The notes beneath the pieces were generated by a model. That model was not told where the DNA came from and searched no databases. It worked only from the letters and a program-made list of their open reading frames with translations. The translations under genes were made by a program, and so were the position numbers. Positions 20,401 to 31,997 of a stretch of 64,000 bases of DNA are shown here, one piece after another. The stretch comes from Macrostomum lignano (taxonomy: Eukaryota), in contig NIVC01000642.1 of NCBI GenBank assembly GCA_002269645.1, forward strand, positions 62,001 through 126,000. Reading direction: 5' to 3'. Position 1 is the first letter of the stretch, and every line of letters starts with the position of its first letter.

Positions 20401-20775
20401 AATATTCTGACCATTTTAAGGCCCAGAAAGCGTCAGATTTGAAATTGCTCACCCAATGTCCTTGCCAGCTAGAGCCTGCTCTAGCGCCTGCTCAACTCCA
20501 GAATCTCCTTCGCCAGCATCGGCACCTTGTCGGCGTTTCATCAAGATTGCTAGTTTGTTACAATCGGCTGGCAACAGCTTAGCAACCGTTGCTAAGGCAG
20601 AATCGTCGCTCAACCTCACCATAGCAACGGTTGCTAGGCCTCCGGTTTCTACCGGTATGGCTACAAGGTGAGCGAACTGTTCGATTTGAAGTGAAGAATC
20701 AACAATAACAGCGGCAGAGTTCGGCTGCAGCCTGGAGGCGACAAGTTCAATTTTAAGTTGCAGTTTGAGCTCCAT
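17427..20775 (-). CDS. Divergent type II (eukaryotic) pantothenate kinase-like gene
   Basis: Exons 19569-19795, 18458-18749, 17989-18176 and 17427-17513 have GT-AG ends and compatible phases. Translation (GPAIVAEMG..LLGLACL..AAEGSLAKLDLTIGDL..SDIAASL..RVIVCGEF..MELHFL..LIGSLL*) follows the PanK C-terminal half. The likely first exon is ~20455-20775, but its phase join is uncertain. Confidence 0.7.
17690..17955. repeat. Degenerate ~25-bp intronic repeat (cgggaatcgccctctaaaaatagac)n
   Basis: Direct inspection. Confidence 0.75.
18195..18425. repeat. ~50-bp intronic tandem repeat (tctcagttgtactttagcaacagagcctgtcactattggctaaagtatt)n
   Basis: 4-5 copies seen. Confidence 0.85.
18750..19568. repeat. 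25-bp minisatellite (actgtgaatggtctgtcacttcttt)n forming an entire intron
   Basis: The array runs from splice site to splice site of the PanK-like gene. Confidence 0.9.
19935..20400. repeat. Degenerate ~20-bp repeat (aaatggcgcctactcaaatg)n
   Basis: Direct inspection. Confidence 0.85.
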
Positions 20776-20954
20776 GCGCAATGAATTGTTGTGTTTCTGA
20801 AAACTGCCCGACAGCTGTTAGTTAAATGTGCGGGGCTTAGATAACAGCCCGCTTATCGAGATCGGTGCTCACTGCTTAATGAGCTGCACTGCACAGGTAA
20901 ATATGGCGCCAATTCCATAAAAAACTAAGAGCTTTCCACTACTCAGACTTAACA

Positions 20955-21350
20955 CCCTCCCGACCTAGGGACCTCACCAGACCCGGAGGATTACTTAACC
21001 GACCTAGGGATTTCCCTAAGGGCCTAGGGATTATCCGCCCGACCTAGGGATTATCCGCCCGACCTAGGGATTATCCGCCCGACCTAGGGATTTTCCTCCC
21101 GACCAAGGGATTTTCCTCCCGACTTAGGGATTTCCCTCACGGCCTAGGTATTTCCTTCCCAACCTGAGGATATCCCTCACGACCTAAGGATTTCCCTCAC
21201 GACCTAGGGATTTTCCTCCCGACCAAGGGATTTCCCTCCCGACTTAGGGATTTCCCTCACGGCCTAGGAATTTCCCTTCCGACCTAAGGATTACCCTCCT
21301 GATCTAAGAATCACCCTCTCGAACCAGGAATTTTTCTCCCAACCTGAGGA
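20955..21350. repeat. Degenerate 20-bp repeat (ccgacctagggatttccctc)n
   Basis: Direct inspection. Confidence 0.85.
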
Positions 21351-22399
21351 CCGTGTTTGGCTCTCCTATGTTTCAGTCAAAGCAAAAAGAGACACACGGG
21401 GAATTTGCGAACAATTAATTAATGGGCCCAGCAACAAATGGCAAATTCTAACTAAAGCATACAGAAATTTATTTAGAAACTCAGTTTACAGATTAAGTAA
21501 AAATGATTTTCTCGGCAAATAAAGCATGAATGCGCTCGTATACTAATTGGACAAAACGCACAAAAAGTAGTGAAATTAGCATTTTCGTTGGCAAAGAGAC
21601 TCTTAGGGGGGAACCGAAATGGACGCTAAGAGAAATTAAAACACTAACCAATAGCAGATATATTCACTATCAGATAATTTAAGACTCAGAGGGGGGGCAA
21701 GGAAATCTCAGGTAAGAAAAAGCATGGCAGTCACAGCAAGATACTGGCAAGACAAAATCTAAATAACAACATGAGCCTATATAATAGCTTGTATATAAAT
21801 AGCATATATATATAAAAATCAGAGAAAAGGCCAGACTTGAGCAGCATAGAGGTGCTGCACAGCCTGGTTAGCAACAAAAGTACACCTATGTTCTATAAAT
21901 TAGCTACAATTAATTTTATTTATAACCTGTTAAAAGTTTGAAAATACAATAGAAAAGTTCGCACCAGAAAAATGCATCAGAGAAAGCAGGAAAACCTCTA
22001 AACGCGGATTTGAAATCGCATTACTAATAGTAGTGGCAGATAGAATACTAAACTTATGTTTAAAATGAATGCCCATACCCAGGCTATGGCAAAGAATTGG
22101 CACAACATGCAGGTGAACTGAACGTGGTCGTTAACTACTGCTTACTAAAATTACTCAATTTCTCAAACAATATTGCAATAAGGAAACTTTGTAGCTTGCA
22201 ATGTACAGCGACAAGGACAAAGTTAAATTTATTATAATAAGCCAAGAAGCAACTAAACTATTAATTAAGAAGAATACAACCAGAGCTCTTTGTACATGCA
22301 TAACACAAATCTTTTTTTGAAGCAATCTTTACAGAATTACAGAATTCAAATAATAAAAAGATGCCGTTATATCGGTTTAAAGAGGCCGCTTTAACGACC

Positions 22400-23130
22400 A
22401 ATTGTTGGCGATTCTAAGAAAGTTTTTTAATTATTGACGATTCTAAGAAAGCTTTTCCTATTGGCGATTTTAAGAAATCTAAGCTTTTCCTATTGGCGAT
22501 TCTAAGAAAGCTTTAGTCATTGGCGATGCTAAGAAAGTTCTCCAATTATTGGCGATTCTAAGAAAGCTTTTCCAATTGGCGATTCTAAGAAAGCTTTTCC
22601 TATTGACGATTCTAAGATTTTCCTATTGGCGATTCTAAGAAAGCTTTTCCTATTGACGATTCTAAGATTTTCCTATTGGCGATTCTAAGAAAGCTTTTCC
22701 TATTGACGATTCTAAGATTTTCCTATTGGCGATTCTAAGAAAGCTTTTCCTATTGACGATTCTAAGAAAGCTTTTCCTATTGGCGATTCTAAGAAAGCTT
22801 TAGTCATTGGCGATTCTAAGAAATCTTTAGTCATTGGCGATTCTAAGAAAGCTTTAGTCATTGGCGATTCTAAGAAATCTTTAGTCATTGGCGATTCTAA
22901 GAAAGCTTTAGTCATTGGCGATTCTAAGAAATCTTTAGTCATTGACGATTCTAAGAAAGCTTTTCCTATTGGCGATTCTAAGAAAGCTTTTCAATTATTG
23001 GCGATTCTAAGAAAGCTTTTCAATTATTGGCGATTCTAAGAAAGCTTTTCCTATTGGCGATTCTAAGAAAGCTTTTCAATTATTGGCGATTCTAAGAAAG
23101 CTTTAGTCATTGGCGATTCTAAGAAATTTT
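22400..23130. repeat. ~27-bp minisatellite (ttggcgattctaagaaagcttttccta)n
   Basis: Direct inspection; lies ~50 bp beyond the nuclear receptor stop codon. Confidence 0.9.
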
Positions 23131-23181
23131 AATCCTCATTGGCAATTCCAAAAGTCTCTCATTGGCAACTCTAGGTTGGGC

Positions 23182-23558
23182 TCAACCCCTGAACACCTCT
23201 TTGTAGACGCCGGCGCCGAACTGCTGCATTTGGCCGGCGTTGTCGGGCCGCGCGCCAACCGGATTGTACGGCGCTGCAAAGTCCGGGAACCCGTCGACTC
23301 CGACGCCGGCAGCGCCGGGGGCAGTGGCGAGAGAAGCACCAGGCATCGACGAGGTGTTGAGCTTCTCGATGACGCTTTCGATCATGGCGGCGTTCTGCTT
23401 GTGGAGGCCGTCCACGCTGAGCAGGCTGGGGAACACGGCCGAAAGCTCCAGAAGCCGCTTGGTGGCTGGGTACGATTGGGGTGCGGTTGAGGGGATACAT
23501 GTGTGAGATTTGACACTGATAGAGACTGAGACTGAGGCAGACAGAAAGACAGACAGGC

Positions 23559-23599
<41 letters not shown>

Positions 23600-23608
23600 C
23601 AGACAGAC

Positions 23609-23641
<33 letters not shown>

Positions 23642-23695
23642 GGCAGACAGACAGACAGACAGACAGACAGACTGACAGACAGACAGACAGACAGG

Positions 23696-23733
<38 letters not shown>

Positions 23734-23736
23734 GGC

Positions 23737-23769
<33 letters not shown>

Positions 23770-24127
23770 CATACATGCGCAACAGTCGGCCGAGTCGGCC
23801 AATCCGGCCGACCGATTTGGCAGCCAATCAAGGAAGTCGCAAAAATGCTCACCCAAAAACCTAAGTAGTATTACTAAGTAGCTGACGAGGCATTTTGCCC
23901 TAATAAGACAGTCATAGTTACTCCTGCCGTTTACCCAAAGTTGCGTTAATTTTGCTTTACAGTTTTTATTACATGTAAGTCGCATTTTTGGCCAAAAACT
24001 ACGTCGCATTTTTGTTAAAACTAAGTCGCATGGCCGACCGAATTTTGGAGGTTGCGCATGTATGGACAGACAGACAGACAGACAGACAGACAGGTAGACA
24101 GACAGGTAGACAGACAGACAGACAGAC

Positions 24128-24184
<57 letters not shown>

Positions 24185-24207
24185 GGTAGACAGACAGACA
24201 GACAGAC

Positions 24208-24260
<53 letters not shown>

Positions 24261-24285
24261 GGTAGACAGACAGACACAGACAGAC

Positions 24286-24317
<32 letters not shown>

Positions 24318-27300
24318 GCAGACAGACACTAACCGGCCAGCCTGACGGTGAGGTTCAGCCAGGGATCTGAGGCCAGCATGTCGGCAGTCCAGCCACGCAT
24401 GGCGATGTCCTTAGAGCGCAGGTAAATCCAGAACAGGCCAATCACGGCAGAGTGAACGCTGATCACCGAGCTGAGATCATGGAACAGGTCCTCCGGGTAC
24501 TGGATCCCGATATCTGGGGAAAAGCGAAATGGAAAAGGCGGAGTCTGCTAGACGCGTGAAACTGACATGAAGGCTTTGGAAATTTCCTTAAAAAATTCCT
24601 ACCCTCTCTAGGGAGGAAAACTCCCCGCGACCTTGGAAACACGCAATGGGGCCAGCCAGGCAGCGGAAATCAAGCAGGTGGATATGGCCCGCATAATTTG
24701 CTTTCACGTGGAAATATGCTGCTGGATTAATTTTAATTAACACTAACTGAAATGCATTGGCTACGCTAGGGATATGGAATACTTAGAAGAATCCGAGCAC
24801 TTGATGGATTCTCAAGCGACTATCAGGGCGATTCTTAAGCGACAATCAGGGCGATTCTTAAGCGACAATCAGGGCGATTCTCAAGCGACTATCAGGGCGA
24901 TTCTTAAGCGACAATCAGGGCGATTCTTAAGCGACAATCAGGGCGTTTCTCAAGCGACAATCAGGGCGATTCTTAAGCGATAGTCAGGGCGATTCTCAAG
25001 CGACTATCAGGGCGATTCTCAAGCGACAATCAGGGCGATTCTCAAGCGACAATCAGGGCGTTTCTCAAGCGACAATCAGGGCGATTCTTAAGCGATAGTC
25101 AGGGCGATTCTCAAGCGACTATCAGGGCGATTCTCAAGCGACAATCAGGGCGATTCTCAAGCGACTATCAGGGCGATTCTTAAGCGACAATCAGGGCGAT
25201 TCTTAAGCGACAATCAGGGCGTTTCTCAAGCGACAATCAGGGCGATTCTTAAGCGATAGTCAGGGCGATTCTCAAGCGATAGTCAGGGCGATTCTCAAGC
25301 GACAATCAGGGCGATTCTCAAGCGACAATCAGGGCGTTTCTCAAGCGACAATCAGGGCGATTCTTAAGCGATAGTCAGGGCGATTCTCAAGCGACTATCA
25401 GGGCGATTCTCAAGCGACAATCAGGGCGATTCTCAAGCGATAGTCAGGGCGATTCTCAAGCGATAGTCAGGGCGATTCTCAAGCGACTATCAGGGCGATT
25501 CTTAAGCGACAATCAGGGCGATTCTCAAGCGACAATCAGGGCGATTCTCAAGCGACAATCAGGGCGATTCTCAAGCGACTATCAGGGCGATTCTCAAGCG
25601 ACAATCAGGGCGATTCTCAAGCGACAATCAGGGCGATTCTCAAGCGACAATCAGGGCGATTCTCAAGCGACTATCAGGGCGATTCTCAAGCGATAAAAAT
25701 GTCAATAGGCAATTCAAAACAAGAGACCAAAACCGCTTAAAAAAACTTCTGAAAGCCAAAACCGCTCTACTTACAAGGCGAAGTCAGGCAGAAGGCGGAC
25801 AGGAAGGCCATTTCGTTCTCCTCTATACGAAGCGAGTCCCACTTGCGTGAGACGTCAAAGAATTTGAGAAACAGCTGCGACAGCATCGGATGTCCAGCCG
25901 ACTGCAGAAAGCGCCTGAAGATTAGGCGGGATTGTTTTTTTGTCCTCTGATGAACTACAGGTTACTAGATATGCAATATGAAAATGAAATGACTGCAGGA
26001 GGGCTGTCCCACAATTTCCATTTCGCTCACGCAGGGTGTACAGCGGGCTCTGACTTTCAAATCGTCGGGCAAATTGATTTGAGCAATATTTTTTATATTA
26101 AATCTTTGGTTTAAAAATATGCAGTAACTGATTTAGACTGCTCACTGACTGATTCAAACTACTCAGGCACTGACGTAAACTACTCAGTGACTGACTCAAA
26201 CTACTCATTCACTGACTCAAACTACTCAGGCACTGACTCAAACTACTCATTCACTGACTCAAACTACTCAGGCACTGACTCAAACTACTCAGTCACTAAC
26301 TTAAACTACTCAGTCACTGACTCAAACTACTCAGTCACTGACTCAAACTACTCAGGCACTGACTCAAACTACTCAGTCATGACTCAAACTACTCAGTCAC
26401 TAACTTAAACTACTCAGGCACTGACTCAAACTACGCAGTGACTGACTTCAACTACTCAGGCACTGACTCAAACTACTCAGTCACTAACTTAAACTACTCA
26501 GGCACTGACTCAAACTACTCAGTCACTTACCTTAACTACTCAGTCATCGACTCAAACTGTTCAGTGACTGATTCAAACTACTCAGTCCCTGACTCAGACA
26601 GCTGAGTCTCAAGCAACACAAGCATCCAAATGCAAAAAGTCAAGCCCAGTAATTCTCCTACCTGGTCAGCCGAAACCTCATAGTCGGATCAATGATAAAG
26701 TCCTGTTGACTCTGCACCAGAGAGGCACAAAACCGCATACCAACCAACTTGAAGCTGTGCTGAACAATCAGACGCTTCTTGTCCGAGTCGGTGAGCGCGT
26801 CCGAGCAGCTGGACACGGACACTCTGTCCCGATGAGTCTCGAAGTGCTGCTGCTGCTGCGGCGCCGGCTCCGGCATCGAATGCGACGATGTGCCGCCGAA
26901 AATGTTGCGACTAAAGGCCACGATTCGAAGCATGAGCTGGGGAATGTAATCCACTAGGGTGTGCAAGACTACGCCTTCGTCCGCTGGGCTGGGCTCTTGT
27001 AGCTGAAAATAGCGACAGGGACCAGAGGTTGCGGCAAGCTAACAGGTCTAACAGGTTACGTCTGTCTAACATGCAAGACCTGTGTCTAACATGCAAGACC
27101 TGTGTCTAACAAGCAAGACCTGTGTCTAACATGCAAGACCTGTGTCTAACATGCAAGACCTGTGTCTAACATGCAAGACCTGTGTCTAATATACAAGACC
27201 TGTGTCTAACATATAAGAACTGTGTCTAACATGCAAGACCTGTGTCTAACATGCAAGACCTGTGTCTAACATTTAAAACCTGTTTCTAACATGTTAACAC

Positions 27301-30300
27301 CTATGTCTAACATGCAAAACCTGTGTCTAACATCTAAGAGATTTGTCTAACAGGTAAGACTGTCTAACATCTAAGACCTGTGTCAAACATGTAACACCTA
27401 TGTCTAACACCCAAGAGATGTATCTAACATGCAAGTCTTCTTCTGTGTGAGCATAGAAGCACTATGGTGTGTATTTCTATGGCCAAGGATATGCGAACAA
27501 TTGCATGCTGCTTACAGCAGGAAGCACTTTTAAAAATCGGACTTTCGTGGCATGAAAGCTAAAATAAGCCGCTTACTTTTAGGGCATATGATTTTTAAAC
27601 ACACATTAATACTCGTGGAAGCAAGCAAAAGTGACACTACTTCTGGGACACCCCTCGTATTTTAAGAAGAAAATTATCAGTGATGACTACAAAATAAGAG
27701 ACTGCGCAGCTTTCTCAGTAATGGGCCTGCCTCAATTAGACAACTCTGAGGCGGAAAATCCACGTCTCCGTAATTTAAATCTAAAAAACCATTCTCAAAG
27801 GCTTGTAGAATCTAAGACGCTATCAATTTGCAGGCATCTCTAGGCGAAATCTGTTTCCGAAAACGAAGTGAGAGCGTTCGTGACTCTCCAGTGACACAGC
27901 CGCTTTTCTGTCAGAAAATTCGAACCCTAATCTTCTTCGACAGCCGAATAAATACGCGATGCAGTAATCCAGCGGTTTGGATTATCCCAATCAAACTGAT
28001 TAAATATCATAAAGAGAGCAACAGACTCAAACAAAACGGGAAAATAATCATTTCAGCTTAGGGCTAAAAAAATCTAGCGAATGCTTTCCAGGTTGCGAGT
28101 TTGAAGCTCTCTTCTGCTTTGCAACATAGCAACCACTCACCTCAACTAATTCAATAGGACGGACGTACCTGTGTTAAGCCTAATCCATCAGTCACACTAA
28201 GCCTAATTCATCAGTCACACTAAGCCTAATTCATTAGTCACACTAAGCCTAATCCATCAGTCACACTAAGCCTAATTCATTAGTCACACTAAGCCTAATC
28301 CATCAGTCACACTAAGCCTAATCCATCAGTCACACTAAGCCTAATCCATCAGTCACACTAAGCCTAATTCATCAGTCACACTAAGCCTAACCCATCAGTC
28401 ACACTAAGCCTAATTCATCAGTCACACTAAGTTAACAATTACTGTTCTCACCTGCGCCAGTCTGTCGTTCATAAATTGTCGCATGCGATTCTGAGTAAAG
28501 TAGAACGTCTGCCGATGACCCTCCAGAATGAGGCGGGTGTTCTCGGCGATGACGTCACCGCAGGCGGGATTGCCAGCGAATTGACTATTCAAATCGGCTT
28601 CCCAATAGCCCACAAATTTGTCTATGGCCGTCAAGATGAGATGCGATACTGAGTTATTAAACGATAAGGTGTTGTGCAGATCTTCCAGCTCAGCGGCTCG
28701 CTGAGGACCGGCCAGACGACGGCAGATCATTGCCAGCGGGGTGGCCATCAGGCAGGACTTCTCTAGCCAAACCTTCTTGGGTGCTCTGGCTGTGTCCGGC
28801 GTTGCAACGGCCGGAGCTGAAGCCGGCGAACCGGCGACGCTCCGGTTGGCGCCAGGAATCGGAATGGCGCCAGAGCACGAGGCTGTCGGCGAATTACTCG
28901 AAGATGCGGCATCGGGCATCGACGATCGCCAACCGGTGCCTTGCCGGCTTATCAATTTGAGGCACTTCACCGAAGCGGGCGTCTGCTGCCAATGCGGAGG
29001 CGTGGGAGGCGTCACCGGTTCAGGAGGCGACGGATAGGTGAGCGGCCCGACGCCGCCACTGCCGGCTCCCTGCTGCATGAGCTGCGAAGCCACCTGCCGA
29101 CCGGAGAGCCGGCCTTCCAGCAGGCTTGGGGGCGGTGGCGGCTGCTGCTGCTGCTGCTTCTGCTGCTGTTGCGTTTTTACAACTGGCTCCTTGCGAAAGC
29201 AGGATCGTCTGCTGACCTGAGATTCGAATTCGCGTCGTTTCTGATCAATATAGTCCAGAAGGTGCTGGTCGGTGATGCCGGACAGTTGGGTGGCAGCGCT
29301 CTGGCAGCCCGGCAGCATGATCTGATCGTCTGATGGAGCGACGACAGCAGCTGCTCCGGCGGACGAGGCGCCTCTTAATCGAAGCTTAGCCCGCCTGCCC
29401 AGCTTGGACCGCTGGCGGCCCATGTTGACGGCGCAGCACTTCTTCAGGCGGCACCACTGGCATGTGTTGCGCGTCTGCGGCGTCATCTCCAGTGGGACAG
29501 AGTGGGCGCAGGCGCCGCCGATGTTGCGGCTGGAGACGATGCGGCGGAAGAAACCCTGCAGGGGTGCCAGATTGGAGTGCCAGATACCAGATTGGACTGC
29601 CAAACTGGAGTGCCTGACTGGAGTGCCAGATGATTGGAGTGCCAGATGATTGGAGTGCCAGATGATTGGAGTGCCAGATGATTGGAGTGCCAGATACAAG
29701 ATTGAAGTGCCAGACTTGAGTACCATATTCGAGGTGGGAAATGGTGTGGGTGTGGATAGATGGAGTGGGACTGGGATAGATGGGGTGGGACTAGGATAGA
29801 TGGGGTGGGACTAGGATAGATAGGGTGGGACTAGGATAGATGGGGTGGGACTAGGATAGATGGGGTGGGACTAGGATAGATGGGGTGGGACTAGGATAGA
29901 TGGGGTGGGACTAGGATAGATGGGGTGGGACTTGGATAGATGGGGTGGGACTAGGATAGATAGGGTGGGACTTGGATAGATGAAGTGGGACTAGGATAGA
30001 TGGGGTGGGACTAGGATAGATGGGGTGGGACTAGGATAGATGGGGTGGGACTAGGATAGATGGGGTGGGACTAGGATAGATGAGTGAAACCAGATGATTT
30101 CATAGAGATAGAGAAACTCATCTACAAGCCCCTACAATCGCATTTATGGACCCTCGTAAGCAGTCAGAGAACATCAGATAGACGATGAAAATTCAGCCAT
30201 CGTGATGAAGCAGAGAAGCTGAGAGTGGTGCAGCTGCATAACCGAACAGCTTAGCCGAGTTAATTTTGTGCCCTACAGGTGCGGGCCAACTCCCTACACG

Positions 30301-31592
30301 ATGGCATCTGCCTCCCAAAGAGCCCCCCATGGCAGCGCTATGCCCGCTAATTGAATAGGCGCTTTGGGAATCAATAAATTTGCTGAAATACAGGAACCTT
30401 TCATTCATAATTGTTAATTGACGCTCTAAATTAATACGGGCACATTTAAAAGGTTTTAAGGCTTTTATTGTCTTTGTTTATTATTTTCAACAGACAAATG
30501 TTGCTGGTAGCAATACGCAGCTTTGCTTTATCAAAGAATCGTTCCACAGCAGCTGCTCTGGGTATTGAGTATGCAGGCTAAAAATACCCGAGTAGTCTTT
30601 CTCAAAGCCCAAGTAGTCACTCTCAATGCCCGAGTAGTCACTCTCAATGCCCGAGTAGTCACTCTCAATGCCCGAGTAGTCACTCTCAATACCCGAGTAG
30701 TCACTCTCAATGCCCGAGTAGTCACTCTCAACACCCAAGTAGTCACTCTCAATACCCGAGTAGTCACTCTCAATACCGGAGTAGACACTCTCAATTCCCG
30801 AGTAGTCACTCTCAATATCCAAGTGGACACTCGCAATATCCAAGTGGACACTCTCAATATCCAAATAGTCACTCTCAATACCCAAGTAGTCACTCTCAAT
30901 ACCCAAGTAGTCACACTCAATACTTAAGTAGTCACTCTCAATACCCGAGTAGACACTCTCAATACCCAAGTAGTCACTCTCAATACCCAAGTCTCAATAT
31001 CCAAGTGGACACTCGCAATATCCAAGTGGACACTCTCAATATCCAAGTGGACACTCTCGATACCCAAATAGTCACTCTCAATACCCAAGTAGTCACACTC
31101 AATACCCAAGTAGTCACTCTCAATACCCGAGTAGACACTCTCAATACCCAAGTAGTCACTCTCAATACCCAAGTAGTCACTCTCAATACCCGAGTAGTCA
31201 CTCTCAATACCCAAGTAGTCACTCTCAATACCCGAGTAGTCACTCTCAATACCCGAGTAGACACTCTCAATACCCAAGTAGTCACTCTCAATACCCGAGT
31301 AGTCACTACAAGGACAAGACTTCAGTGACAATAGTCTCACCTTGCAGCCTTCGCAGGCGGGCACACCGTAATGAACGCCGCTGGCAGCGTCCTGACAGAC
31401 TGCACACCGACTTAGCGCAGTGGACAGGCTGTCGCTGCCGCCCTCTTGGAGACCCTCAACGCCGCGCTTGTCATCGACATAGTCATCAACAGTGGTCAAG
31501 TCGTCATACCGGTAGTTATCCTCATCGTCAAGCTCGCACACTTCCGATTGATCTGAGTGCAACTGCTTTTGTTTGTGCCTTCTGAGACTCAT
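23182..31592 (-). CDS. Nuclear hormone receptor, NR1-type (ROR/HR3-like), 6 exons, 766 aa
   Basis: Exons 31341-31592, 28452-29555, 26662-27002, 25775-25914, 24334-24513 and 23182-23465 are all GT-AG with compatible phases (2301 nt). [30 protein letters not shown]...[52 protein letters not shown]-terminal VYKEVF resembles the ROR AF-2 LYKELF. Confidence 0.9.
23525..24328. repeat. Two (GACA)n microsatellites (23525-23770, 24065-24328) at the ends of NR intron 5
   Basis: Direct inspection. Confidence 0.95.
24805..25695. repeat. 23-bp minisatellite (cagggcgattctcaagcgacaat)n
   Basis: Direct inspection; intronic. Confidence 0.95.
26140..26605. repeat. 21-bp minisatellite (actgactcaaactactcaggc)n
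   Basis: Direct inspection; intronic. Confidence 0.95.
27050..27435. repeat. 20-bp minisatellite (aacatgcaagacctgtgtct)n
   Basis: Direct inspection; intronic. Confidence 0.95.
27435..27657. mobile_element. 5'-truncated copy of the Tc1/mariner-type MITE at 33766-34141
   Basis: Near-identical to ~33920-34141; ends GGGACACCCCTCG followed by TA. Confidence 0.85.
28175..28430. repeat. 23-bp minisatellite (taagcctaatccatcagtcacac)n
   Basis: Direct inspection; abuts the donor of NR exon 2. Confidence 0.95.
29560..30085. repeat. Adjacent minisatellites: (gattggagtgccagat)n-like, then 20-bp (gatagatggggtgggactag)n
   Basis: Direct inspection; abuts the acceptor of NR exon 2. Confidence 0.9.
30585..31310. 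repeat. 21-bp minisatellite (cccaagtagtcactctcaata)n
   Basis: Direct inspection; produces the spurious SDYLGIE/VTLNTQV ORFs. Confidence 0.95.
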
Positions 31593-31699
31593 TAACGTAC
31601 TGGAATTGTGCAGTGAGTAGATGATTTAGTTGACGACGTTAATATCGCGGCACAAGAAACTTCGTTTCTTACAAAACCTTTGAAGGCCGGCTTTACAAT

Positions 31700-31997
31700 A
31701 ATAGCAATAACTGATTACACCTGCCCCAATTGGGCCAGATGTGCAACCGACAGCTCAGCCGCAGCTATTGCGCGGCGCATCTGAAGGCTGCGTACGGCTG
31801 TTCAGTCCAAGGACTGGGGGGGGGGGGTCGCCACACACACTCTCAATTACACCAGCTAATGCTGGCACCCATTTCACTCTTGCTCTTGCTCAAGGACACG
31901 AATTGTTCCAGTTGGATCGGGAATTGAACCCCCCCTCCTCCCCCACCCACCTTTGAAGTCACGAGTCAGACGCCCTAACCACTAGGCTGCAATCCCC
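31700..31997 (-). mobile_element. tRNA-derived SINE
   Basis: A-box-like AGCCTAGTGGTTAGGGCGT and B-box GGTTCAATTCCC, interrupted by a G-rich insert, followed by GTGTCCTTGAGCAAG, a central motif common in animal tRNA SINEs. No tRNA acceptor stem. Confidence 0.7.

Noticed and set aside
31900-31997. tRNA gene
   Set aside because: A and B boxes are present, but a G-rich insert breaks the T arm, there is no acceptor stem, and SINE body follows; called as SINE.
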